This document shows, in pieces, positions 37,101-48,369 of a stretch of 64,000 nucleotides of DNA. Source of the DNA: Oikopleura dioica. Its lineage: Eukaryota; Animalia; Chordata. The position numbers were made by a program, and so were the translations under genes. The stretch's first letter is position 1. Every line of letters begins with the position of its first letter. The stretch spans positions 5,518,001 to 5,582,000 of the forward strand of contig OU015566.1 of assembly GCA_907165135.1 (NCBI GenBank), written 5' to 3'. Under the pieces are notes generated by a model, which had not been told where the DNA came from, ran no database searches, and worked only from the letters and a program-made list of their open reading frames with translations.

Positions 37101-39423
37101 TCTTCATTTCTGCAAAATGTGCCTTGTTGACAGTCGTCCCCGTTTTTGTCCACAGCGAGAGTTCCTTGATAGCCAACTCCTTTGCCCCAAATGCAACGAG
37201 TTGTTTTGACTGCGTTTGTTGTGTCCATGTCAAGTGCCATCTCCCCAACCAGATGGTCTCGATCTTCGTATTTGCCACAGTTGTCAGTTGAACCCATTTT
37301 CGGAAAGCACGATCCGTCAAGGGGATCATAAATGTAGTGCGTGCAAGTGGCCAGTTCTTCACAGTGCAGTCTACAAGCTGATTGAGTGGGAGTGAAGTGG
37401 CTATCAAAGATGTCATTTCCCGGACAGTCGTTCGCGTCGCCAGATAATGGGCTCCAATTGAACTTTCGCCTGTGAGTCTCAACTTTTTTCGTCACGCAAG
37501 TAATCTCTGTTGAAGTGTGAGTGAGAATTTCGCAGGATTTTCCACCAAGTTCAACGGTTGTTTCTCCAAGCGTGCTCGAAAATCCGGTTCCGGTGATGGT
37601 TATTACAGTGCCGCCTTCTGCCGATCCGACATTTGGTGAAACAGAACGAATCATCGGATAAACTTCGAAGTTGAAAGGATCGAGGTTGTCATTACCAAGC
37701 ACGTGAATAAAATCCTCCGAGGTAACGGAGGCTCCTTCGTTTTGTGTCGTGAAAGTAAAGTTGTATTGACCAGGCTCTTCTACTCTAGCGAGACATCTCA
37801 AAATTCCATTAATATTGTGGGTCATTTCCCGGAAGAGTTCGATTTCCAGCGACTCATCCTTCTTGATCGACAACTCACATTCGCCCATGTTGAGTCCATC
37901 TTCAGAGATGAATCGAGGCTGAAAAAATATCCTGTTCGGATCTTCCTCATTTCCGTCGTCGACTGCATTGAAATTCACTGTGCGGAGTCGTCCTTGGAAG
38001 TCGATCGCGTTTTCCGCGCAAAGGTAGCGGATTTTGACATCTGGGCACATTTCGATTTCGCCCAGTGTTTGCGTTTGAGCGCTGTCAGAGCAGTGGAATC
38101 CTTCTTTCAAGTTGAAAGTTTGCGCATGTGGGAGGCCATCGGAGTTGAAATTAATCGACTGTACAAATGTTTCGTTGTTGTTTTTGTCGAAAATTTCCCA
38201 ATCAACTGGGGAACGACAAGCTCCCGCTAAGTAGAGTTTTCTGTGTCTGTGATGCGAGGAGAAGCGTTCGTCCTCATCTCCGTCGTTGTCCGTGTCAAGA
38301 TCTATCCACATCGACCAAAATGTTCGTTCCTCGAGGTATTGTTCTTGAGGATGCGCAGCTGGCGACGAAAAGTAAGGAGTCGCCCAGAAAATCTCGGGTC
38401 CCCAGAAGACTGTGAATGTAAAATCCCACCCTTCTATGATTTCTCCCCCGTCGATGACAAGTTTTACCTTCCAAGTTCCTTCTCGATGAACAGCGGGCGT
38501 CCGGCAAACGAGCGAAGGGTGATCTTGGTTACCCACTTGTCTTGACAAAAGCGTCAACTGTCGATCGAATTCGCAGAATTTGGGAGATTCTCCGGCCATT
38601 TCGAACCAAAGAACGAAATCGTCGCCATCTGGCGAGCTTTCATCGGCGATGGCGCCAGGGATATTGAGTTTGCTTGATACTAGATTCCATCCTACGACGG
38701 TGATCAGCTGTCCTCCGAGGATGGAACCTTTGTTTGGAATCACTCTCGTTACACTTGGGGCTCCAGCGCGCCGTTTTCTTGCTCCGTCCTCGTCGTTTTG
38801 TGAACGAATGTCGGCCAATAGCTCTTCTCTTGTTAATTCTTCCGCGCTGATACCACAGATTGTGTAGCAAGTGGAGACGCCGTTGTTCTCTCGTGGAGCC
38901 ATCGTCCGTTTCTTGTCCATTTCGAGCAATGCTTCCTCGACTTTACAAGGCTCGTAAGCCGGAACACCAAGAATGGCGTACGAAATTCGCAGTTCGTAAT
39001 CCACACCTTCTTTGATTCCAGTAGCTGTGCATTGCAGGAAGTAAGGATAGTCCAATCCTTCTCGCTGCGGATACAAAGGATCATTCTCCTCAATCGTCAG
39101 ATCTTCACATTTTGGCGGATCCTCAAAGTCTTCCTCGGCCGGATTGAAAAATATCTCGACACTTTCATGCAAAACAAATTCTCTGTCTTCATTGTATTCT
39201 CCAAGCAATTCGAGATTTGAGCCCTAGAAAATTATTTCTACGAGAATGAGGGCTTGAATTTGTATTTAACATTTTTGAAATATTTTCTTATACGTACCCA
39301 AAATTGAACAGTGTCTCCATCTCTGACGACTGGATCTGGTGGTTCGAGTTTTGGTGCTTGAAGAGTGCCATGCACTATCGAAAGAAAAGAAAGCCGTAAA
39401 ATTTTCTCTCCCAGGGAAGGCAT
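22194..39423 (-). CDS. PKHD1L1: Giant PKHD1L1/fibrocystin-L-like protein (~5,500 aa) with extra modules and C-terminal ZP-N + ZP module
   Basis: Many IPT/TIG repeats, PA14-like and cupredoxin-like segments, two G8 domains (DRWSSTFTWG..GDIVVIPEG), parallel beta-helix (GRYPIHFH, HESFNRAVTMHG), C-terminal GSNFFDR..DDEFY..NIAALLGI; two -1 frameshifts at T5 runs (36687-91, 25547-51); ZP exons 22194-24098. Confidence 0.9.
22688..22747 (-). other. 60-nt non-canonical GA-AG intron with 15-bp terminal inverted repeats
   Basis: Only this splice keeps the ZP frame (DAFS|DHFAVNET); 22692-22706 and 22732-22746 are 13/15 complementary. Confidence 0.65.
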
Positions 39424-40249
39424 GGCTTTTTAATGCTAATGTCTCTTTCTTTCGTTGAAAATGGAAAGTTTAGATTTTAGAGGGCGCCAGATCAAACTCC
39501 GCTTTCTTATCTGTTTGATATTATCTCGTGTTCCGGGTCGCCGGGTCTTCAATTCGAGACAATTCCATGTTATCAAAAATGGACATCATTTCTTCGAAAA
39601 AAGATCATCTTCTGACTTTCAAAAATCGATGTTTTTAGTTTAATAAAGGAAAATAATCACGGAAAATCGCTCCTGCTCGTAAAATTTAAATGAACCCGCA
39701 ATAAATCGTGTAATCGTTTTCGGTGCAAGACTAAGTAATAAAATGATAAAACAAAGTAATCTTTTCGCAACTCGTCAACTACATAATAAGTTATTATCAC
39801 AAATAACACGGGTCTAAGGCAGCATCATGATTACGATGAATGATAAATTTGGCGTTATTTCTCAGTAATCGAGATTCTTGGATTAAGTTTTTATTCTTTA
39901 TAACGCTTTAAAACGCGCTGCTTTGACAAAAGGAGCTGCTTTCGAGAATTCCTTGCGTTTTGAATTTAAAATAAACAATCATACAAGACAAAAATATCAG
40001 GACAATAAAAGCTTGAAAGAAAAATAAAAGAAGATTTTAAGAATGTTTATTAGAAAATAAGACTAGAAACAAGAATGAAAGTTTTGTAAAAAATGCTTTT
40101 GATTGAGATCTTGATCAGTCGCATTTTAGACGCAAAAGCCAGCAGGAACTTCAAAAGAACAGGGATAGAGCTGTAAACACTGTTTCCGATGACTTGTTGG
40201 GAACTGTAATCTACACTGTAAATCAGCTTCAGCAGGGCATCGAGCAGGG

Positions 40250-40744
40250 CATTCGTGAAAAATATCCGTTTCGAGATGCAGAAATCCCCTCGAACTTTTA
40301 AAGAGCTAATCATTCCTAATGGAACTTTTAATTAGGAATTTCAATTATCGATTGGATTGTACATTTTCTGAGTTCTTCTCTTTTGACTCTATTCCGTTTG
40401 GAGATCTCCAAGAAAAATGAAAGGAACTTCATTTAACTTTCTTTTACTGATTAAAAACGTTGAAGATTCAAATATTTCATTGTCACTTCGAGTTGAAGTC
40501 TTCGACAGACACCAAGGATCCACCATCCATCGGTGGGTGAAGGCGCCAAGCCGAGGCAGGGAGATGCAACGTGACCACCGCCAACTCCCTCCCGCAGAGG
40601 CAGCACATCTGCGAAAATAATTGTCGAATAATTGAAAATTCGACTAGGTTTTTTTATCTTCAGTGAAAGTTTTATTAGGAATGATTAGCTCTTGAAAAGT
40701 TCGAAGGGATTTCTGCATCTCGAAACGGATATTTTTCACGAATG
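40250..40744. mobile_element. Inverted-repeat element (~80-bp arms) in the last intron of copy A
   Basis: 40250-40329 complementary to 40666-40744; right end GTTCCCTTTA is Kolobok-like. Confidence 0.7.
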
Positions 40745-41626
40745 TTCCCTTTACCACTAGGTAACGATTGATCTCTGTGCATGTGCGCCCAGCTGTTATC
40801 TTTTTCAATCTTGGCCTATATATGCCCTACTCACCTTCCGGTACCTCCTTGTTGATTCGTCAATCGATCTCCTTTAAAATCGAGCCGTTCAATGGCGTGT
40901 GGACTTCGGTAGCCTGAGATGATGAAAATTGAATTTTCGATCATTATTGCAGATGCAGAATAGTCAGCCTTAATTGAAATCAGATTTCTTGAATTATTAT
41001 ATTTTTGAAATTTACGTTTTGAAGATCGCCGATCTGTCTCCAAACATCGTTTTCAAGAAGCCAAATTGCTGATTGATATTTATTTCCATCATATCCCCCG
41101 GCGAGCAAAAGACTTCCACTTGGAAGGCCCATCAATACATGGAAATACATTCGACTAGCAAGATTTGAATAATGAAATTTTTTTTCAAATACCTTTTAGG
41201 AAAATCTGGTAAAGTGGACCAGCCCCGAGAACTCAAAGTCTCCACTTTGTTGCTGTAATAGCTTCCAACAGAAGTGGGCTTTCCATTGTAGTCGCCGAGT
41301 TTACCGCCCAAGTGTTTATAACTCGATGTGAAAGTGTCAATTGAAAATTCTCCATCGAAAATTTCACATTTAAAGGCATAAAAGCTATCAAAGCAAATTA
41401 GTGCTTTTTCTCCATTTTCAATCGAAAGGGGAGTCACATAATAGCTCCGCCCTGCGCCACCCAGTTTTTACCGAACCGGGCGAGGCAGGGCGGCGCAAGG
41501 CGGCCCTATTCAGTACCCCCGTTCGAAAGTGCTGCAGAGCCACTCGAAAATGGATTTATCAATCTTGTCGATTGTTCTCTCCATTCGCATCCTTCTAATT
41601 TGGCAATCTGAATAAAACTATTTTAA

Positions 41627-42171
41627 CCGCGTGGGACGAATCCCCGCGTATGAGCGCGGGACGAACCGTACATTCGAATGTCATTTAAGCAAAAACTCGA
41701 ATAACTCATGAACCGCTCGTCCGATATTTCTCAGATCTTCATAGATAACTAATCTTCATGTCCTCTTTCATATCCTGATGTCAGAATTCATATTTTGGTT
41801 TCGTCAGAAATAATTATTTTTTAGTAAGTATGAGAGTGAAAAATTTTTACCATCATCTTCCGTGCTCTTTTCACTCGAAAGAAGTTGCACTTGGTGAAAT
41901 TCCATCAAAAATATAGACAAAAGTTGCCCAGATAGCTCAAACAAACAAATTGGTTCCTTTTTACAGTAAAAATCTCAGCGGGCGCTCGAGTAGGCCAGAC
42001 TTAATCCCGTGTCAGGTGCAGCCCTGATAAAACTTCCAAATTTGCACAAGTTACTAAGAAGGCATGAGCTAACCCACATTTAAAATTTCAAAGTTATCGA
42101 ATTTATAGTCTTGGAATACCGGGCCCCTAAAGTCTTAAATGACATTGGAATGTACGATTCGTCCCACGCGG
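41627..42171. mobile_element. piggyBac-like MITE, intronic
   Basis: TTAA target duplication (41623-26, 42172-75); 16-bp TIR CCGCGTGGGACGAATC; asymmetric subterminal repeat. Confidence 0.85.
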
Positions 42172-42660
42172 TTAAGATCGTTTTTAAGTTAGTTTTCTTA
42201 CTTTATTTCTATCCCTTCCATCAAAAATATAGAGGTTATTTTTTACAAGAGCATGAGGAGCCCATCGAAGATAGTCCTTTCTTGGTGCTGCTATTTCTGC
42301 ATTTATTTTTCTTTCTCCATTGAAGGAAATCACAAATGCTTTTGCCAATTTTTCGCCCATAATAAGAATTGCTTTCCCTGAAGAAATAACAAAATTTTTC
42401 ATTTCTGCGCGATCATCGTATTTAAAAATCCGTAGTTTCTCGTTTTTGATATTTTCAAGGCCAATCATCTTAATTTTCGAGTTAGTTTTCTTTTTCTTCA
42501 AATTCTTTTTTTGGGTTCAGTAATCTTTTAAAAGCGAAAGTAAAAGTTTGTATTTTACTGTTCCTCAGAAACTTCAAGTAAGTACGAGTCAGGTGAACTC
42601 GACGAGCTAAAATGAAGTGACAACTTCGACAGTTTCGTGATGTTTGATTGCAAATGTAGT

Positions 42661-44951
42661 TGGTGTGGGGCGCTGTGCAGCCTCGTATATAAGCGGGCTC
42701 CTAGCCCGCAACCAGCACTCCTCTCCACCCTCAAGGCCAGCTCACACCTACCGCTCAGGTCTCCCAGTTATACTGGTGAACTGTCGTGGGATGTTTGAAC
42801 CTGCCCTTAATGGAGATATAGGAGCCAAAAATCCGTAAAAGCTTATTTTTTTCCGTTTTTGTCGAGATATTCTGCTACCAAAAGAGAAAAACGGTGATTC
42901 TATCTTGATGCTTTGCTGCTTTTAATAACTTCAACGATTCGACGCTGCTTTACGATTTGGAACTGCTTTGCTCTACGTTTAAAACATGTTGGTATTTTAT
43001 TTTGACAAACTATTCGATTTGGACTCTTATGGAGAATTTATTTGGATACCTTTTTCAATGATTCGTATAATTAATTGCTAGCGGATTTATTTATCCTTTT
43101 GGATCAAAACTTTCTTTGGAATTACTTTCTATTGGAACTCTCAAATTTTATAACCCGTCATTCGTTTATAAAATTTACTCTGGAATCTCGAAAAGAATTG
43201 TGAGATCTTTATGACGATCAGAATCACAGATATCAGTTCTCAAAACTGATAGCCGACTCAACCAATGACGTCAATGCTTCACTTATCAGTTCCCAAGGAC
43301 GACAAGACCTTCACGTCACTTGGTTCTCATCAGCGATGCAACTCATCAATTGACGATATTAGGTTCTCATAAATTCTTATCGACGATTATGGGTTCTCCC
43401 TCATCAACAGTTTTTGAAATGCAAGCTTTACTAAAACCCTGTCAAATTACGAAAGTTGTTTGTTCTAAATGCTGATTCTTTATCGGTTGACCTATGGCAA
43501 TGGACAGTGAAGTCTGGATTACTTATGAGATTACTGAGGCTAGCGAAAAAATGGACGAAGAAGCGATGAATTATGAGACAATTGAGAATAGACGAGTTTG
43601 TGGACATGCTGGTGTCATTTGAAAAAGCGAAAGATAAGATCAACATAGTTATTTCTTTGGTTTGACGATGATCAAATCCTGAGGAGTGATATTCCTCTTT
43701 ATTCGTGGATCGAATCGAAAAAAATCGCCTTCCAGACGATATACTTTTGGTCACTTTGTTGACGACTATATTTGTTGATGGTCTTTGTGATCTTATGGCA
43801 AGGAGAAGTCGTGGAAAACTTCTTAGGCCTGGATAAACCCGAAAAGTGCCAACATAGTGGACTTCGGTAGGTCGACAGCATGGAGAGGACGTCCGAATTA
43901 AACGATATCAAAGGTGAAGAAAAGTTTCTACACTGGATGAAGACTTGACTTCACGCTGCCGAGAGAACGATTTGCAAGTTCTTGATAAAAGCAGAAGATA
44001 TCGGGCTGAAGAAAAATGAACTATAGAAGAAACTCGTGGTGACTGCGAACAATTTGGCCGGAACTTTGCCCGTCACCTAATATAATTGTTTTGTCACGTT
44101 GGAAAACATTGGGTTATGATGATTTGCAACTTTGTTTAATCGAGAGGCAATAAAAACAGTATTTCAAAACGAATCAACTTGGACAACGACGTGCTTTCTT
44201 GCAAACTGAAGAAAAAAGAGCCTGTAATTTTTTTTTACGATTCGGTTCTCATAAACAAAAAAAAAATTACAAAGTATTCAAAAAATTACAAAAATATCAA
44301 CTACTAACAATGATCTTTGCTTTGTATAGATTTTCCTTATTTCTTCCCATCTTGCTTGTTTCTTCTAATAATCTTTTAAATATTTATTTAAATGATCAGA
44401 TTTCCCTGGACTATTGAGTCCTGAACGTTCGTTCGGAAGGGACCTTCTCATAAAGCTCATCCGTCAGGCGGAGCTAGGCAATTAAGCCGGTTTAGTTTTT
44501 ACTTATGTTAGTTTCAAATTTATTAAAATACCTTTTCTCATTTATTCTTGCTCTTTGTGCGCGTGTGAGCGCCGGCGCGCTCATTTACTGTTATCACTCT
44601 TACGCGCGTTACTGTTTCTCATCAATAGATTCTCTCTCTTTTCTGCACTCACCGCGTATTCTTTCTTATGTATTTCCTTTCTAAATTTCTCCTTATTTCC
44701 TTAAATTTTGAGTTCTTTTATACTTCTCTTATAAATATTTAGAAGATTAATTTTAAGATCCATTATTTTATGTTTACTGAAAATTATTATTCTGTACTTA
44801 AAATTTCATTCAATAAACATAAAAACCTTAGGGGAGGAGTGGTGTGGGGCGCTGTGCAGCCTCGTATATAAGCGGGCTCCTAGCCCGCAACCAGCACTCC
44901 TCTCCACCCTCAAGGCCAGCTCACACCTACCGCTCAGGTCTCCCAGTTATA
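42661..44951 (+). mobile_element. Non-autonomous LTR retroelement (2,291 bp) with identical 112-bp LTRs
   Basis: LTRs 42661-42772 and 44840-44951 (TG...TA); 5-bp TSD GTAGT; PBS-like TGGTGAACTGTCGTGGGAT at 42774; PPT AGGGGAGGAG 44830-44839; TATATAA in LTR; no gag/pol ORF. Confidence 0.92.
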
Positions 44952-47900
44952 GTAGTCGTCCTTCAAAATAATCAGAAGCAATCCATAAAGACCCAGTTTC
45001 AAAAACTCCGAAGGTAAAGAAAGTAGATTCATCAAAAAATTTACATTCAAGAATTTTTGTTTCTTCGGAAAAACAGGATCTCTCGGGAAAATGAATTTCA
45101 AAATCGAGCTTAAATTTTTCTCCTCGATTCAATTTTATCTCTTTTGTTGAAATATGATTCAATTCTGCGAGGGATGTAAAGAAATGGTCTGGAATGATCG
45201 TTGAACTGCCGAAACTTGGGGGAAATCGCGGCTGGGCGACGGCATTTTTCGAAAAAGCTGGAAAGACATCATCGTGGAATGCGAAATAAGGATTGCTTGT
45301 CACATGCATCTGTTTCCTTGATGGTTGTTGGACGAACTCGAGCTCGATTAGGTCTGTATAGGGAAATAAATTATTTTATTTAGAACAGTATTCCAATTAA
45401 TAATTGGCAATTATTAGATCCCTGCCGAAATGAAATTTTATTTCAAATGAAAAATCAAAAACATAGTTCTGAATGAAGATCTTCTCGTCGTTAACGATTC
45501 CATTTGCAAAGTATTCGCATTCGTCGTTGTTATACCCCGATAGATCTGTGTACCAGCCATCGGAAGCGAACAATTTCGAGAAACACACAGATTTTTCTTC
45601 ATATTTATCAAGCGAACCTATCCACTCGCGGCCGAGAGTAAGGAACTTCCCTTCCGCCTCCAAAAGGACCGAATAAAGAGTGTTCGAGAGATCAATGCTT
45701 CTTGTCACTAGAATTAAAAGAAACCTGTCTAAATCAATCTTTAGGGGGATAAAAAAAGATGCTACTCGAGTGACTCGAGTAGAGTCACAAAATTGTACGT
45801 TTTAACCCATTCCAGAGGGACCACGTGGACTAGATCCAAGTCTCTAAGTTCTGCGGGAACTCTGAAGTCGCCTTTTTTCCATCCTTTTTCTAATTCTTCT
45901 TCTTTTCTTATTCTGTTCAAAGAAAGAGTCGTCGACAACTTGATGAAATTGTCACCCAGCTTGACACTCATTAAATATAATACTCCTTTGAAGCTGATCG
46001 AAGAAACTTTCGCATTTTGATGATTACTAGCGATGTAACCCTGAGATTCTTCGAATCGGTTCAAATTGTAATCGGGAGCGTAGTAATAGCATTTATCGTC
46101 TCTTCCTGTTGGACGACTTTGAAGGGTCAAAAATCATTATTCATTCAATGAATTTCATTGTAAGAAAGTGATTTTTAGAAAAGAACTCTTTTCGACCGCT
46201 ATCAGATGACAACGACTGGAAACACTTTTCTATCTTTTTCTTCGTTGCGAATCTCAATTCGATGAGTACCGATCGACGATCCAAAGTGAAAGACGAAAAA
46301 TCCACTAAACAAGAAGAATTAATACATTTAAAACTAGAAACTATCAAATTGATAGTATCAATTAGCGTAAACTTACATTCTTCTGTGTCCATTGGGAATA
46401 TAAACCAAATAACCGCCAGTCTCCTTGACTATCCTCATATCTCCAACAGCATCGACTAAATAATGCTCGCCATTGAGAAAGACGGCTCCGATTGACTTTT
46501 GCTGTTTTATATATTTTATTATACGTGTTATTTACTTCAATTAGTCGAAAACATTCATGAGGAAAAAGGGACCGATGCCGACCCCAGTAATCAGTTACAT
46601 TTAGATTCACCAAATTAGAAGTGACTGAGTCGTCTGACCCTCGCAAGTCCGAAAAAATGATCGGATACTTTGTCAAAGAAGCTCTGCGGCCCATAATTCT
46701 CTTTGTTATCAAATCCGCACCATGCGGGACTCAAGAAGTTGACAGATACGTACCCAAGAAAATCTTCTCTTACATGTTAACTTTCCTTTTGTTTTTCTCC
46801 CTTTCTTCAGATTCCAGACGGGAACAAGCGTTTGCTCATTTTCTACTTTCTCGCACTGATAAAATGGACAAGGACATCCTGCTTGGCAGTATTTTTCGAA
46901 CGGACAAACGTCTCCAGCGAAATCATGAGACCTTGTCAATTGAAAGCAAATTTCTTCGCAGTGATTGAGGGCTTTATTCCTCGCCGATTCCAAGACTAGA
47001 GACTGGGAGCAGAGGTGACGGCAGATGAACCGATCTGTCTTCGGTTTTTTAATTTGTAAAATTCTAATATGATCAATCATGATTGAAAACCGTAGCATAG
47101 AATTTTTGTTTCTTACATCGTAGTTGATTGATCTCATTTTCTTTTTCTGTGAAATTGAGGGGCAACTGTATCTCCCTTTGTGGCACAGAAATAGAAGCTG
47201 GTTGAGTAAAATTTCTTGTCCCAATACATTCATGAAGCCGATGCGCACAGTGGTCCATTTCGTTTGTTTTGATGCATTTCTTGAACCCGAATTGGCAAAC
47301 ATCCGTCAAGTACGTTGGTTGAATCCTTGCAGCCAGCATCGAATAGTAATTTGCTGAAATATGAATCACTGTACAAAAAACTTAAAAAGTTATACTTATT
47401 CCGACGATAATCCCCCAAAAAAAGCAACCAAAAACCATGTAAACTGCTAATTGGCGCATTGTTTTGTTACCACTGAAAATTGTTAGCATGTGCCTTTTCT
47501 TATTCGAATCTTTATCTTACTGAAGAGAAAAGCGTTTTTCAGACTTCCAAAAAGCATGTTTTTCGAACTCATCCGAAAACCAGCCCGTGAATTTTTCCGG
47601 CGCGGGGGTCTTCACCATTTCTGCTTGAATCATTTTTGCCAGCTTCATTTTCTTTTCCGGTCTGGCATTTTCCATTCCTCGCGCAAATCTCGCTCTGAAC
47701 GTTCGAACTCTTTTTGTTGATCTTTGGAAGAATCCGGCATTTTCTCGATTTTCGTCACCACCGTCGATAGTTTCATTAAAGCCTTCCACGAAGTCTTTTG
47801 CCTTCTGGTTGATAATCTTCACTGTTGGTTTCACTTTATTGATATTCGGCATGAAGAGCCCTCCACCAAGATCGATCAGTGTCTTTTTCACAGTGTTTGG

Positions 47901-48369
47901 ACGGAGAACTACTTCATCCTTCGTCTTCATGACTGTTCCAACACAATGACATTCCAAGCATTTTACATTGGCCAGTGGCTCTCTTTTTGGAGCATCGGGA
48001 GGTTCGTTTTCCTCCTTGATCGGGGCTAGATTATGACGTTTTCCCATCTCTAGCGGCGTCCCTTCATTTTTCGGGACTATATCTTCCTCTATCCTTGATC
48101 TCATGAAAAAAGTGAGTAAAAATACTCCCTCTGCTTGTAAAATACACTCCTCGGAATAACGTTAATCTTCGAAAAAAGCTTCCCTTATTCCTGTTTGCGC
48201 ATCATAACGACGCTCAACGAGATTACTTGAAGCCAGGTTGGTATTCAAGTCAATTGAAATATGCCCTGATTCGACATTTTGGAATCAACGAGGAAAAAAG
48301 CATGAAGATTTTATCCTTACAATCCAATAACATTATGAAATCATGTTATGTTGGTATTATTATTGCTAA

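Larger units (their letters stand above)
40126..48104 (-). pseudogene. Type II membrane Cys-rich + Kelch-like family, copy A; coding exon interrupted by an LTR element in this haplotype
   Basis: CLECHCVG N-terminus, HGN, TM LAVYMVFGCFFWGIIVGI, CRHLC..CEEICF..CPFEKYCQAGCPCPFYQC, YNLNRFEESQGYIASNH, propeller-like YKHLGGKLGDYNGKPTSVG, ends PVLFEVPAGFCV*. Confidence 0.75.

Noticed and set aside
40897-43870. 14-bp match GTGGACTTCGGTAG between a copy A exon and the LTR interior (possible gene capture)
   Set aside because: Several 14-mer matches are expected by chance in 64 kb, and the flanks do not align
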